From Elusimicrobiota bacterium (GTDB taxonomy: Bacteria; Elusimicrobiota; Elusimicrobia; UBA1565), in the NCBI GenBank assembly GCA_043827405.1, contig JBDRPD010000087.1, forward strand, positions 1 through 64,000: a stretch of DNA of 64,000 nucleotides. The letters run 5' to 3'. Position numbers and translations under genes: made by a program. The notes under the pieces are model-generated. The model was given only the letters and a program-made list of their open reading frames with translations. It did no database searches and had not been told where the DNA came from. This document shows positions 30,401-38,787 of this stretch, piece after piece (positions within the stretch are counted from its first letter, which is position 1; every line of letters starts with the position of its first letter).

Positions 30401-31285
30401 ATGGAGCCCCCTCAGCCGCCGCAAGAATTCGTCCCCGGCGGCTTCTGGCTGCGCGCCGGCGCCTACATGATCGACGGCTTCATCGCCGGCGTGCCGGCCG
30501 CGCTGGTCTCCTCCGCGGCGACCCTGGCGGGAACGCATAGCGCGCTGGCGAGCCTGCTGGGATTGTCGGTGCCGATCGCCTACTTCACCTACATGCCGGC
30601 GGCCCATGACGGCCGGACTTTGGGCAAGATGGCGGCCGGGCTTGCCGTCATCCGCGCCGACGGCTCGGCGCTCACTTTCGGCCGCGCCTTCGGCCGCTGG
30701 GTCGGCTACTATCTGTCGAGCCTGCCGCTGTTTCTCGGCTTTATCGCCGCCGCTTTTACCAAGGAGAAGCGGGCGCTGCACGACTATGTCGCCGATACGC
30801 GCGTCGTAGTCGTCCAGGACATCGGGAAGCTGCGCCGGTTCGTGGTGATCTGCTGCGGCCTGCTGATCCCGCTTGTTTTCATCCTCGGCATCCTCGCGGC
30901 GATCGCTATCCCGAACTTCACAAGATCCGCGCAGAGCGCCCGTGAAAGCGCAACCAAAGGGAATCTCGGCGCGATGCGCGCCGCGCTCTCGATCTACTAC
31001 GGTGATCAGGATGGATTCTACCCCGAAACGCCCGCCGTGCTTACCCGCGACGGCCGCTACCTCACGAGCATCCCTTCCGCCAATACGCCCCCGCATCACC
31101 CGCAGAACTCCCAAGTCGTACTCTACGACGGCGCGACTTGCGACGGCCAAGAGATCATCTCGACAAATCTGCAGGACAGCGGCGGCTGGGGCTACATCTC
31201 CGCTCCCAACTCGCCCTGCCACGGCATGCTGTTCGTGGACTGCTCCCATACCGACAGCAAAGGCTCAACCTGGAACAATTACTGA
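30401..31285 (+). CDS. RDD family protein fused to a pilin/GspG-like domain
   Basis: GFWLRAGAYMID, TLGK..GL, KRALHD.VADTRVV, then ILGILAAIAIPNF..ARE..TKGNL..MR.AL..YY.D.DG.YP. Confidence 0.8.
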   Translation: MEPPQPPQEFVPGGFWLRAGAYMIDGFIAGVPAALVSSAATLAGTHSALASLLGLSVPIAYFTYMPAAHDGRTLGKMAAGLAVIRADGSALTFGRAFGRWVGYYLSSLPLFLGFIAAAFTKEKRALHDYVADTRVVVVQDIGKLRRFVVICCGLLIPLVFILGILAAIAIPNFTRSAQSARESATKGNLGAMRAALSIYYGDQDGFYPETPAVLTRDGRYLTSIPSANTPPHHPQNSQVVLYDGATCDGQEIISTNLQDSGGWGYISAPNSPCHGMLFVDCSHTDSKGSTWNNY

Positions 31286-31295
31286 GGACCGCATT

Positions 31296-32012
31296 ATGGC
31301 CGCCACCACCAGTTCGCTGCATCGTGAGACGATCCGCTATAAAGCCGGCACTACCGACTTGGAAGGCATGCTGGTCTACGACGGCTCAACCAAGGGCCGG
31401 CGGCCGGGCGTGCTGCTGGCACATTCCCGCATGGGGCTGGACGCTTTCACCCGGCGCCGCGCGGTGCAGCTGGCGCGCCGCGGCGGCGCCGTCTTCGCGC
31501 TAGATCTCTACGGCGAAGGCCGCGGCGCCCAAAACGCCGCGGAGGCGGACGAGCTGGCGCGCGCCCTGTTTGACGATCGCGCGCTGCTGCGCGCCCGCGC
31601 CCAAGCGGCGCTCAAAATCCTGCGCGAGCAGCGCTTTGTCGAGTCCCGCAACCTCGCCGCGGTCGGCTTCGGCCTCGGCGGCTGTGCCGCCCTGGAGCTC
31701 GCGCGCGGCGGCGCCGACCTGCGCGGCGCGGTCAGTTTCCACGGCACGCTCAAGACCGGCGGTGCCGGAACAGAACCGGGATTCCACGGCCGCCTGCTCG
31801 TCCTGCATGGCGCCGAAGACGCTCTGGTCCCGCCGCCAGAAGTCGCCGCTTTCCAGCAGGAGATGAAGGAAGCGAAAGCCGACTGGCGGCTCATCACCTA
31901 CGGCGGCTGCGCGCATGCCTTCACCGACCCGGACGCCGGCACCTACAATGGAGCCGCCGATACGCGCTCGTGGGCGGCAGCCTGCGCCTTCCTCGACGAG
32001 ATATTCGACTAA
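31296..32012 (+). CDS. Dienelactone hydrolase family protein (nucleophile Cys replaced)
   Basis: RPGVL, FALDLYG, VSFHG, LHGAED, YGG..HAFT; elbow reads GFGLGG. Confidence 0.85.
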   Translation: MAATTSSLHRETIRYKAGTTDLEGMLVYDGSTKGRRPGVLLAHSRMGLDAFTRRRAVQLARRGGAVFALDLYGEGRGAQNAAEADELARALFDDRALLRARAQAALKILREQRFVESRNLAAVGFGLGGCAALELARGGADLRGAVSFHGTLKTGGAGTEPGFHGRLLVLHGAEDALVPPPEVAAFQQEMKEAKADWRLITYGGCAHAFTDPDAGTYNGAADTRSWAAACAFLDEIFD

Positions 32013-32095
32013 TTAAAGACCCAACCCGATAGGCCGTACACCAGCACGCTGATCAAGGCGACGGCGGGCGAAGCGAAGAGGCCGAGACGCCGCAT
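32009..32095 (-). CDS. Putative 28-aa hydrophobic small protein downstream of tatC
   Basis: ATG directly follows tatC TAG; MRRLGLFASPAVALISVLVYGLSGWVFN; too short for the ORF track. Confidence 0.3.
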   Translation of the reverse strand: MRRLGLFASPAVALISVLVYGLSGWVFN

Positions 32096-32815
32096 CTACC
32101 CGGAGGTCCGGGCGCAGCGCATGATGAGCAGCGTAATCTCGAACAGAATAATCGTCGGAACCGCGAGCGCGATCTGGGAGACCACGTCGGGCCCGGGGGT
32201 GAGCATCGCGGCCGCAACCACGCCGGCGAAATAGATGTAGCGGCGCTTGGCGGCGAGCATCTCATAAGTAATGATGCCGGCGCGGTGCAGAAACAGCAGC
32301 ACCAAAGGGATCTGAAACACCAGACCGAAAGCCAGCGCGAGCAAAGTGACGAACTCCAAATACGCCCCGACGGCGAAAAGCGGCTGCACCTGGTCGGAGC
32401 CGTAGGCCATAAGGAAGTGCACGGCGTTGGGGATGACGAAGAATACGGCCAAAGACACCCCCGCCAGGAACAGAAAGTACGACGCCGGCAGGATGATCAG
32501 CACCCCCTTGCGCAGGTCCTTGCCGATCGCGCAGGCGGTGAAGGTCCAAACCTGATGCAGGACCACCGGCAGGGAAAGAAGAAGCCCCCCGAATGCCGCC
32601 ACTTTAAAGCGGGTAAAGAATGCCTCGGTCGGGGCGAGGAAAATCAACCCGCCGACCGGCCGCGCCAGCCAAGCGAGAAAATCTCCCGACCAGTTCCAAA
32701 CGACAGCCGTCCCGACGAAGATCACCAGCAGAGAGATAATAAGACAGCGGCGCAGAGCCTCCAGATGCTCGGTGAGCGTCATCTCCCGGTCCTCGTAGCG
32801 CTCAGGATTAAACAT
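32096..32815 (-). CDS. tatC: Twin-arginine translocase subunit TatC
   Basis: EMTLTEHLEALR, PTEAF, FGLVFQIP, TPGPD.VSQ; 6 TM. Confidence 0.93.
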   Translation of the reverse strand: MFNPERYEDREMTLTEHLEALRRCLIISLLVIFVGTAVVWNWSGDFLAWLARPVGGLIFLAPTEAFFTRFKVAAFGGLLLSLPVVLHQVWTFTACAIGKDLRKGVLIILPASYFLFLAGVSLAVFFVIPNAVHFLMAYGSDQVQPLFAVGAYLEFVTLLALAFGLVFQIPLVLLFLHRAGIITYEMLAAKRRYIYFAGVVAAAMLTPGPDVVSQIALAVPTIILFEITLLIMRCARTSG

Positions 32816-33296
32816 GGTCGTCCCCCGCCATCATTTGCAGCGCATGCGGCAGGAGGTCGGCGATGCTGGCGAGGGACTCCTCCGCACCCCGGGGGCTGCC
32901 CGGCAGGTTGAGAATCAGGGTGCGCCGGCGCTGGCCGCAAACAGCGCGCGACAACACCGCGAACGGCGCGGCCTTCTCGCCTTCGCGCCGCATGCGCTCG
33001 ACAAGTCCGGGCACCTCGCGCTCGACCACCGCGCGCGTGGCCTCCGGAGTGACATCCCGCGGCCCCAAGCCCGTCCCGCCGCAAGTCAGCACGATATCCG
33101 GCGGCGCCGGGCGATCGCACCAGTCGCGCAGACAGGCGGCGACGGCAGCCTGCTCGTCCGCCACAACCGCCTGCTCAACGACGGACCAGCCGCGCGCCGC
33201 CGCCGCCCGGGCCAGGGCGGGGCCGCTTAAATCCTCGCGCTTCCCCGCAGCCGAACGGTCGCTGACGACGAGCACGGCAATGGATAGTTTCGACAT
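32808..33296 (-). CDS. mogA: MogA/MoaB molybdenum cofactor biosynthesis protein
   Basis: VSDR...REDLSGP, GGTGLGPRDVTPEAT, NLPGSP. Confidence 0.88.
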   Translation of the reverse strand: MSKLSIAVLVVSDRSAAGKREDLSGPALARAAAARGWSVVEQAVVADEQAAVAACLRDWCDRPAPPDIVLTCGGTGLGPRDVTPEATRAVVEREVPGLVERMRREGEKAAPFAVLSRAVCGQRRRTLILNLPGSPRGAEESLASIADLLPHALQMMAGDDHV

Positions 33297-33337
33297 TTTT
33301 GGATTATAGCAATTTGAAAATTTGGTATTCTTCGTCG
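33297..33337. promoter_or_regulatory. Divergent extended -10 promoters for mogA and the M23 peptidase (both apparently leaderless)
   Basis: Minus: TGcTATAAT-6 nt-ATG(33296). Plus: TGgTATTCT(33326-33331)-6 nt-ATG(33338). No SD on either side. Confidence 0.65.
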
Positions 33338-34198
33338 ATGTCGACGGGCAATTTCCTCAGAACCGCGCTCTGCGCCGGCCTGCTCGCCGGAAGCGGGACC
33401 GCCGCCGCATTTGAAGTGCGCCTGACGCCGCCCGATCCGCGGCCCGGCGATATTCTGCAAGTCGAAGTCATCGGCCTCGACAACCCCGTCCGCGCCGAGT
33501 GCCTGTTTCGCGCGACCGCTTATCCGCTCTACCCCGTCGCCCCCGGCCGCCTGCGGGCTCTTATCGGCCTGCCGGCCCACACCCCTCCAGGGGAATACCC
33601 CCTGCGGGTGCGGCGCAAAGGCTTCCTCCTTCCCGCAGCGGTCAAAACCGCGCTCGTCACGGTGCCGAACCGGAAGTTCACCCACCAGCGCATTACCATG
33701 ACGCAGCAGAAAGCGCGCCTGCCCGGCGGACCTTCGGCGCGCGACGCGCTCCAGCTCATCCGCAGAACGCTGCAGGTCGAGAGCCGGAAGCAGTTGTGGC
33801 GCGGTCGCTTTCTGCGGCCGGCCAAAGGCCGGCAGACCTCCGACTACGGACACAGCCGGACGGTCAACGACAAGGCGTCATGGGCTTGGCATAAAGGCGT
33901 TGATTACTCCGCCCGCCTCGGCAGCGAAATAATCGCTCCGGCCGCGGGCCGCATCATTCTGCGCGGGCACTTCCCCATCCAGGGCCGCCTGCTTATTCTC
34001 GACCACGGGCAAGGACTCATGTCGGCCTTTATGCATCTCAAGACCTTCCGGGTCGACCACGGCGATACGGTACGCGCGGGAGCCCGCCTGGGAGATATCG
34101 GGACCAGCGGCTTCTCAACCGCGCCGCATCTGCACTGGGGAGTCTATCTGCACGGCGCGCCGGTGGACCCGGTGCCGCTGCTGGAGCGAAAGCTGTAG
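33338..34198 (+). CDS. M23 family metallopeptidase
   Basis: Signal peptide; HKGVD, DHGQG, GFSTAPHLHW, VDP. Confidence 0.9.
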   Translation: MSTGNFLRTALCAGLLAGSGTAAAFEVRLTPPDPRPGDILQVEVIGLDNPVRAECLFRATAYPLYPVAPGRLRALIGLPAHTPPGEYPLRVRRKGFLLPAAVKTALVTVPNRKFTHQRITMTQQKARLPGGPSARDALQLIRRTLQVESRKQLWRGRFLRPAKGRQTSDYGHSRTVNDKASWAWHKGVDYSARLGSEIIAPAAGRIILRGHFPIQGRLLILDHGQGLMSAFMHLKTFRVDHGDTVRAGARLGDIGTSGFSTAPHLHWGVYLHGAPVDPVPLLERKL

Positions 34199-34211
34199 CG
34201 CCCGCCGCCGG

Positions 34212-34538
34212 CTACCAGGTAACGGTGTAGACCGCCAGCTTGCCGTCGGCGGCATTCGAGGCATCCTTGCAGGCGATGCTTACGGTCGGCCCCTTGTCCC
34301 CGGAAAAGTCGCAGGAGGTCGCGCTCTTCGCCGCCGGGTTGCAGGGGGTGCCCTTCCACTCCTCGTTTTTCTGCGCCATGCAGGCTTCCACCCAGCTCCG
34401 GTTCTCTTCGCTGGCCTTGGTGCGGGAAAACAGGATATGGCTGCCGAATATGATCTGCAGCACCCCGGTCGCGAACAGCAGCAGGACCATGGACATCACC
34501 AGGACCTGCACCAGCGCGACGCCCGATTCGTTTCTCAT
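34212..34538 (-). CDS. PilX-like minor pilin
   Basis: NESG-VALVQVL hydrophobic N-terminus lacking Glu5; several Cys. Confidence 0.6.
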   Translation of the reverse strand: MRNESGVALVQVLVMSMVLLLFATGVLQIIFGSHILFSRTKASEENRSWVEACMAQKNEEWKGTPCNPAAKSATSCDFSGDKGPTVSIACKDASNAADGKLAVYTVTW

Positions 34539-35203
34539 GGCGACTGTGAGAACTCCATATTAAACGTCGAATCCACTTTATGCTGGATCATCGGACTCTG
34601 GATATTAAGCGCGGGGATGATCATCTTGAAGTTCACCCGCACCTGATTGCGCTCTTGCACATCGTCGCCGGTGGCGCGGGAAAAAACGTTATTCATCTCA
34701 TCCTTTTCGACCTTGGAGGCAAGGAGCATGCCGCCGGAATCGACTCCACAGGCGCCGATGGACGGCGCCGCCGTGCCGGTACCGGAATAGCGCCACAGGC
34801 AGCGCGGCTCATGCTGCCCGCCGGCCGTACAGCGTCCCGGCACCTCGTCGCTCACGCAGTAGTAGAACCAGGAGACGTTCTCGCTGGCGGCCACCTGCGT
34901 CCAAGCATTCGGCGCCGGCTCATACGTGGGCGCGTAGTTTTTAAATCCGCTGAGCACGTCGTTCCGGCCCCCGAGCACCGGAGTGTCGAGCCGCGTCGCA
35001 GCGTGCAAATCCTTGTCTATCCAACGCATCGCCACCAGCCCCATATTTCGCAGCCTGGTCTCCCGCAGTATGCGGTAGCCCTGGCGGTAGGCCGTCGAAT
35101 AGATGACCGAAAGCCCGGCGATGACCATGGCGAATATAAAGATCGCGATCATCAGCTCGATGAGGGTGAAGCCGCGCCGCCGGAATAGCATGGTCCGCAT
35201 CAT
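34535..35203 (-). CDS. PilW-like prepilin-type N-terminal cleavage/methylation protein
   Basis: RRRG-FTLIELMIAI class III signal. Confidence 0.8.
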   Translation of the reverse strand: MMRTMLFRRRGFTLIELMIAIFIFAMVIAGLSVIYSTAYRQGYRILRETRLRNMGLVAMRWIDKDLHAATRLDTPVLGGRNDVLSGFKNYAPTYEPAPNAWTQVAASENVSWFYYCVSDEVPGRCTAGGQHEPRCLWRYSGTGTAAPSIGACGVDSGGMLLASKVEKDEMNNVFSRATGDDVQERNQVRVNFKMIIPALNIQSPMIQHKVDSTFNMEFSQSP

Positions 35204-35661
35204 TGCTGCCAGGTCACGTTGAAGATGACCTTATGTCCATCGCCGACCTTGGTCACCGTATAAGTCAGGCGCATCTGAATACTTGAATCGTCGCGCTCAC
35301 GCACCGGCAGCAGCTTGGTCACATTATGCTGGCAGACATCGAGCGCATAGCAGTCGGCGGGACAGTTGCCCACGGCGTAATTCCCCGAGGGGCCGCACTC
35401 GTCCTCGGGAATTTTCCACTTGGCCGTGGGTCCGGAAATATTCTGGTCGTCGGTCACATAGGCCTTGATTTTCTCTCTCGCCTGGGCGATAGCCAGCAGC
35501 GCCGCGGTCCGGCGCTCGGTTCGGACCCCCGAGATTTTGGACGTCAGCGCCAGCGAGAACACCGAGGTGACGACCACGGCGATCAACAGCACCGCTATCA
35601 TGGTCTCCACCAACGAAAACCCTTTGCGGCTTTTTAGTTTTTTTCTTATTATTGCTGGCAT
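35200..35661 (-). CDS. PilV-like prepilin-type N-terminal cleavage/methylation protein
   Basis: SRKG-FSLVETMIAV class III signal; start re-assigned to ATG 35661. Confidence 0.8.
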   Translation of the reverse strand: MPAIIRKKLKSRKGFSLVETMIAVLLIAVVVTSVFSLALTSKISGVRTERRTAALLAIAQAREKIKAYVTDDQNISGPTAKWKIPEDECGPSGNYAVGNCPADCYALDVCQHNVTKLLPVRERDDSSIQMRLTYTVTKVGDGHKVIFNVTWQQ

Positions 35662-35711
35662 TTTCTTAAACAAATACCAAGCAGCCCAGCAAGCGATGGG
35701 AGCCCATTTGA

Positions 35712-35740
35712 AGTTTAACAGCATCGTATAGCACCGTCAA
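35712..35740 (-). promoter_or_regulatory. Sigma70-type promoter of the minor pilin operon
   Basis: TTGACG-17 nt-TAAACT on the minus strand, with TG extension. Confidence 0.6.
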
Positions 35741-35789
35741 TACCCTGCTGTTGTCAGAGCCCGGGATAGAATGATAAAATCACCGTATT

Positions 35790-35863
35790 GGTGCGATACC
35801 CAAGTGGTTTAAGGGGCGAGTCTGCAAAACTCGTATTCATGGGTTCGAATCCCATTCGCACCT
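35790..35863 (+). tRNA. tRNA-Cys (anticodon GCA)
   Basis: Acceptor GGTGCGA/TCGCACC, U discriminator, anticodon arm CGAGT-CTGCAAA-ACTCG, GTTCGAATC; CCA not encoded. Confidence 0.95.
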
Positions 35864-35899
35864 AAATTTTTTCTCAAAACCCGCGAAAAACCTGTTTTC

Positions 35900-35929
35900 T
35901 TGCTCTATTTCCGGCAAATTTGATACTAT
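35900..35929 (+). promoter_or_regulatory. Sigma70-type promoter of the guaB-pur-pyr operon
   Basis: TTGCTC-18 nt-TACTAT with TGn extension. Confidence 0.6.
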
Positions 35930-35935
35930 TTTCCT

Positions 35936-36060
35936 CGACGAGAACGCCGATATTCACGGCGTCCCGAGAGGGAGCAAGGGCCGTTACCTTTTAATGCCCC
36001 ATCCGATCCTCAAAACCGCCGGCAGCACCTGCGTCCCGTTGTTGCCGCGCGGTTTTTTTA
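35936..36060 (+). ncRNA. Candidate cis-regulatory leader RNA (attenuator/riboswitch-like)
   Basis: Three hairpins followed by an intrinsic terminator, between the promoter and the guaB SD. Confidence 0.6.
36012..36059 (+). terminator. Intrinsic terminator within the guaB leader
   Basis: AAAACCGC-CGGCAGCA / TGTTGCCG-c-GCGG followed by T7. Confidence 0.8.
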
Positions 36061-36082
36061 CATCTCCAGGAGGTTGCACAAT

Positions 36083-37246
36083 ATGCCCGTCTTTATAGGT
36101 CGCGATCGGGAAGCCCGGCGCTGCTACGGCTTTGATGAGATCGCCATTGTCCCCGGCAATGTCACCGTGGACCCGGAAGAGGTCGATACCACTCTGCGCT
36201 TCGGCGATGTTGAGCTAAAAATACCTTTTCTCGCCTCGGCGATGGACGGCGTTGTCGACGTCGACTTCGCGATCGCTTTCGGCAAATGCGGCGGACTCGG
36301 AGTGCTCAACCTCGACGGCATCAATACCCGCTACGAGAAGCCCAAAGAGGTGCTCGCCGCCATCGCTTCGGCCAAGCCGGATGAGGCGACCAAGCTGGTC
36401 CAGGAGCTCTACCAGGAACCGACCAAAGAGCATCTGATCGCCCAGCGCGTCGAGGAGATCTGCAAAGCCAAGGTTCACTGCGCGGTGAGCACGATCCCCC
36501 AGAACGCGGACAAGTACGGCCCGATCGCCGAGGAGGCCGGCTGCGATGTCTTCGTCGTGCAGTCCACGGTCACCACGGTCCGCCACAAGTCGACGCGCTA
36601 CACTCCGTTTGACATCACCCAATTCTGCAAAGCGCGCAGGATCCCCGTCATCGTCGGCAACTCCGTCGGCTACAACGTGGCCATCGAACTCATGGAAGCC
36701 GGCATCAGCGGCCTGCTCGTCGGCGTGGGGCCCGGCGCCGCCTGCACTACCCGCGGCGTTCTCGGCCTCGGAGTCCCGCAGGTGACCGCGACCGTCGACA
36801 GCGCGGCGGCGCGCGACTTCTACTTCAAGAAGACCGGCCGCTACGTGCCCATCATCACCGACGGCGGCATGTCGACCGGCGGCGATATCTGCAAGGCGAT
36901 CGCCTGCGGCTCCGACGGCGTCATGGTGGGCTCCGCCTTCGCCCGCACCAAGGAGGCGCCGGGCCGCGGCTTTCACTGGGGCATGGCGACGCCGCACCAG
37001 AACCTCCCGCGCGGCACCCGCATCCGCGTCGGAGTCACGGGAACGCTCGAGGAGATACTCTTCGGCCCCTCCCGCCTGGACGACGGCAGCCAGAACCTGG
37101 TCGGCGCGCTCAAAACCTGCATGGGCTCGATCGGCGCCTCCAGCATCAAGGAGATGCAGCTGACCGAGGTTATTATCGCCCCGTCGATCCGCACCGAGGG
37201 GAAGATATTCCAAAAGGCCCAGCAGATCGGCATGGGGAAGTTCTGA
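36083..37246 (+). CDS. guaB: GuaB3-family IMP dehydrogenase (no CBS domains)
   Basis: YGFDEIAIVPG, ASAMDGVVD, GVGPGAACTTR, ITDGG, WGMATP; ATG 36083 behind AGGAGG. Confidence 0.9.
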   Translation: MPVFIGRDREARRCYGFDEIAIVPGNVTVDPEEVDTTLRFGDVELKIPFLASAMDGVVDVDFAIAFGKCGGLGVLNLDGINTRYEKPKEVLAAIASAKPDEATKLVQELYQEPTKEHLIAQRVEEICKAKVHCAVSTIPQNADKYGPIAEEAGCDVFVVQSTVTTVRHKSTRYTPFDITQFCKARRIPVIVGNSVGYNVAIELMEAGISGLLVGVGPGAACTTRGVLGLGVPQVTATVDSAAARDFYFKKTGRYVPIITDGGMSTGGDICKAIACGSDGVMVGSAFARTKEAPGRGFHWGMATPHQNLPRGTRIRVGVTGTLEEILFGPSRLDDGSQNLVGALKTCMGSIGASSIKEMQLTEVIIAPSIRTEGKIFQKAQQIGMGKF

Positions 37247-37250
37247 ACGC

Positions 37251-38777
37251 ATGATACTCATCCTGGATTTCGGCTCGCAGTACACCCAGCTCATCGCGCG
37301 CCGGCTGCGCGAGCTGGAAATCTACGCCGAAATCCTGCCCTACAACGCCGACCCCGCGCGCATCCGCGCGCTCAAGCCCAGCGGCTTGATCCTGTCGGGA
37401 GGACCGTCGAGCGTACACGCCGCGAAAGCCCCGCGTATTAGTAAAGAGCTGCTCGACGGCGGTATCCCGGTCCTGGGCATCTGCTACGGCATGCAGCTCA
37501 TGATCCAGATGCACGGCGGGCGCGTGCGCGCCGCCAAGGAGCGCGAATACGGCCACTCCCGAATCCGCGTATGCGGCGACGATCCGCTGTTTAAGGGCCT
37601 GCCGCGCGACATGGACGTATGGATGAGCCACGGCGACGGCGCGCAAGCGCTGGGCAACGGCTTCCGCGTTCTCGCCCGCACCCCCGCCGCCCCTTACGCC
37701 GCCATCGGCGATCCGGCACGGCGCTTCTACGGCGTGCAGTTTCACCCGGAAGTCGCGCATACGCCGCAGGGGGCGCGCCTGCTGCGCAACTTCGCGCGCG
37801 GCATCTGCGGACATAAGCCGCGCTGGACGCTGTCCAGCTTCCTGCACGACGCCGTCTCCGACATCCGCCGCACCGTCAGCCAAAAGAAGGTTGTGCTCGG
37901 GCTCTCGGGCGGCGTCGACTCTTCGGTCGCGGCGGCGCTCCTGCATCGGGCGATCGGCCGCCGCCTGCACTGCATCTTCGTCGACACCGGCCTGCTGCGC
38001 AAAAACGACCGCGAGCGGATGCGCGGCGTCTTCGCCAAAAACCTGGGCCTGAACCTGCGCATCGCCGACGCATCATCGCTGTTTTTACGGCGCCTGCGGG
38101 GCGTCGCCGATCCCGAACGCAAGCGCAAAATTATCGGCCGCGCCTTCATCGAGGTATTTCAGCAAGAGGCGAAAAAGCTGGGCGGCGTCGAATTCCTTGC
38201 GCAAGGGACGCTCTACCCCGACGTTATCGAATCGGTCTCGGTCCACGGACCCTCAGCGGTCATCAAGAGCCACCATAACGTCGGCGGCCTGCCCAAGCGC
38301 ATGAAGCTCAAACTCGTTGAGCCGCTGCGCATGCTGTTCAAAGACGAAGTGCGCAGCCTGGGCCGGGAACTGCGGCTGCCGGAAGAAGTCCTCGGCATGC
38401 ATCCTTTTCCCGGGCCGGGACTTGCGATCCGCGTACTGGGCTCCGTCACGCCGGCCGCGGTCAAGACCCTGCGCCAGGCCGACTGGATCATGCAGGAAGA
38501 GCTGCGCGCCGCCGGCTGGTACAACAAGATTTGGCAGGCCTTCGTCGTCCTGCTGCCGGTACGCAGCGTCGGGGTAATGGGCGACGCCCGCACCTACGAG
38601 AACGCGGCGGCGCTGCGCATGGTGGGCTCCAACGACGGCATGACCGCCCACTGGACGCGCCTGCCTTATGACCTGCTGGCCAAGATCTCGAGCCGTATCG
38701 TCGGCGAAGTTCGCGGCATCAACCGCGTAGTCTACGACATCAATTCCAAGCCGCCGTCCACGATTGAATGGGAGTGA
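37251..38777 (+). CDS. guaA: GMP synthase (glutamine-hydrolysing)
   Basis: LDFGSQY, GICYGMQ, QFHPE, SGGVDS, KSHHNVGGLP, KPPSTIEWE. Confidence 0.97.
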   Translation: MILILDFGSQYTQLIARRLRELEIYAEILPYNADPARIRALKPSGLILSGGPSSVHAAKAPRISKELLDGGIPVLGICYGMQLMIQMHGGRVRAAKEREYGHSRIRVCGDDPLFKGLPRDMDVWMSHGDGAQALGNGFRVLARTPAAPYAAIGDPARRFYGVQFHPEVAHTPQGARLLRNFARGICGHKPRWTLSSFLHDAVSDIRRTVSQKKVVLGLSGGVDSSVAAALLHRAIGRRLHCIFVDTGLLRKNDRERMRGVFAKNLGLNLRIADASSLFLRRLRGVADPERKRKIIGRAFIEVFQQEAKKLGGVEFLAQGTLYPDVIESVSVHGPSAVIKSHHNVGGLPKRMKLKLVEPLRMLFKDEVRSLGRELRLPEEVLGMHPFPGPGLAIRVLGSVTPAAVKTLRQADWIMQEELRAAGWYNKIWQAFVVLLPVRSVGVMGDARTYENAAALRMVGSNDGMTAHWTRLPYDLLAKISSRIVGEVRGINRVVYDINSKPPSTIEWE

Positions 38778-38787
38778 ACCTGTGACC

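Noticed and set aside
26696..35863. Genomic island bounded by the two tRNAs
   Set aside because: Shared GGGTTCGAATCCC is only the conserved T-arm; no integrase; the interval contains housekeeping def, tatC and mogA
35936..36060. Guanine, ZTP or ykkC-type riboswitch assignment for the guaB leader
   Set aside because: Diagnostic cores (UUUCUACC; GACUGG with CGCCUGGG; CUAGGGUUCCG) are absent, so it is left as an orphan candidate
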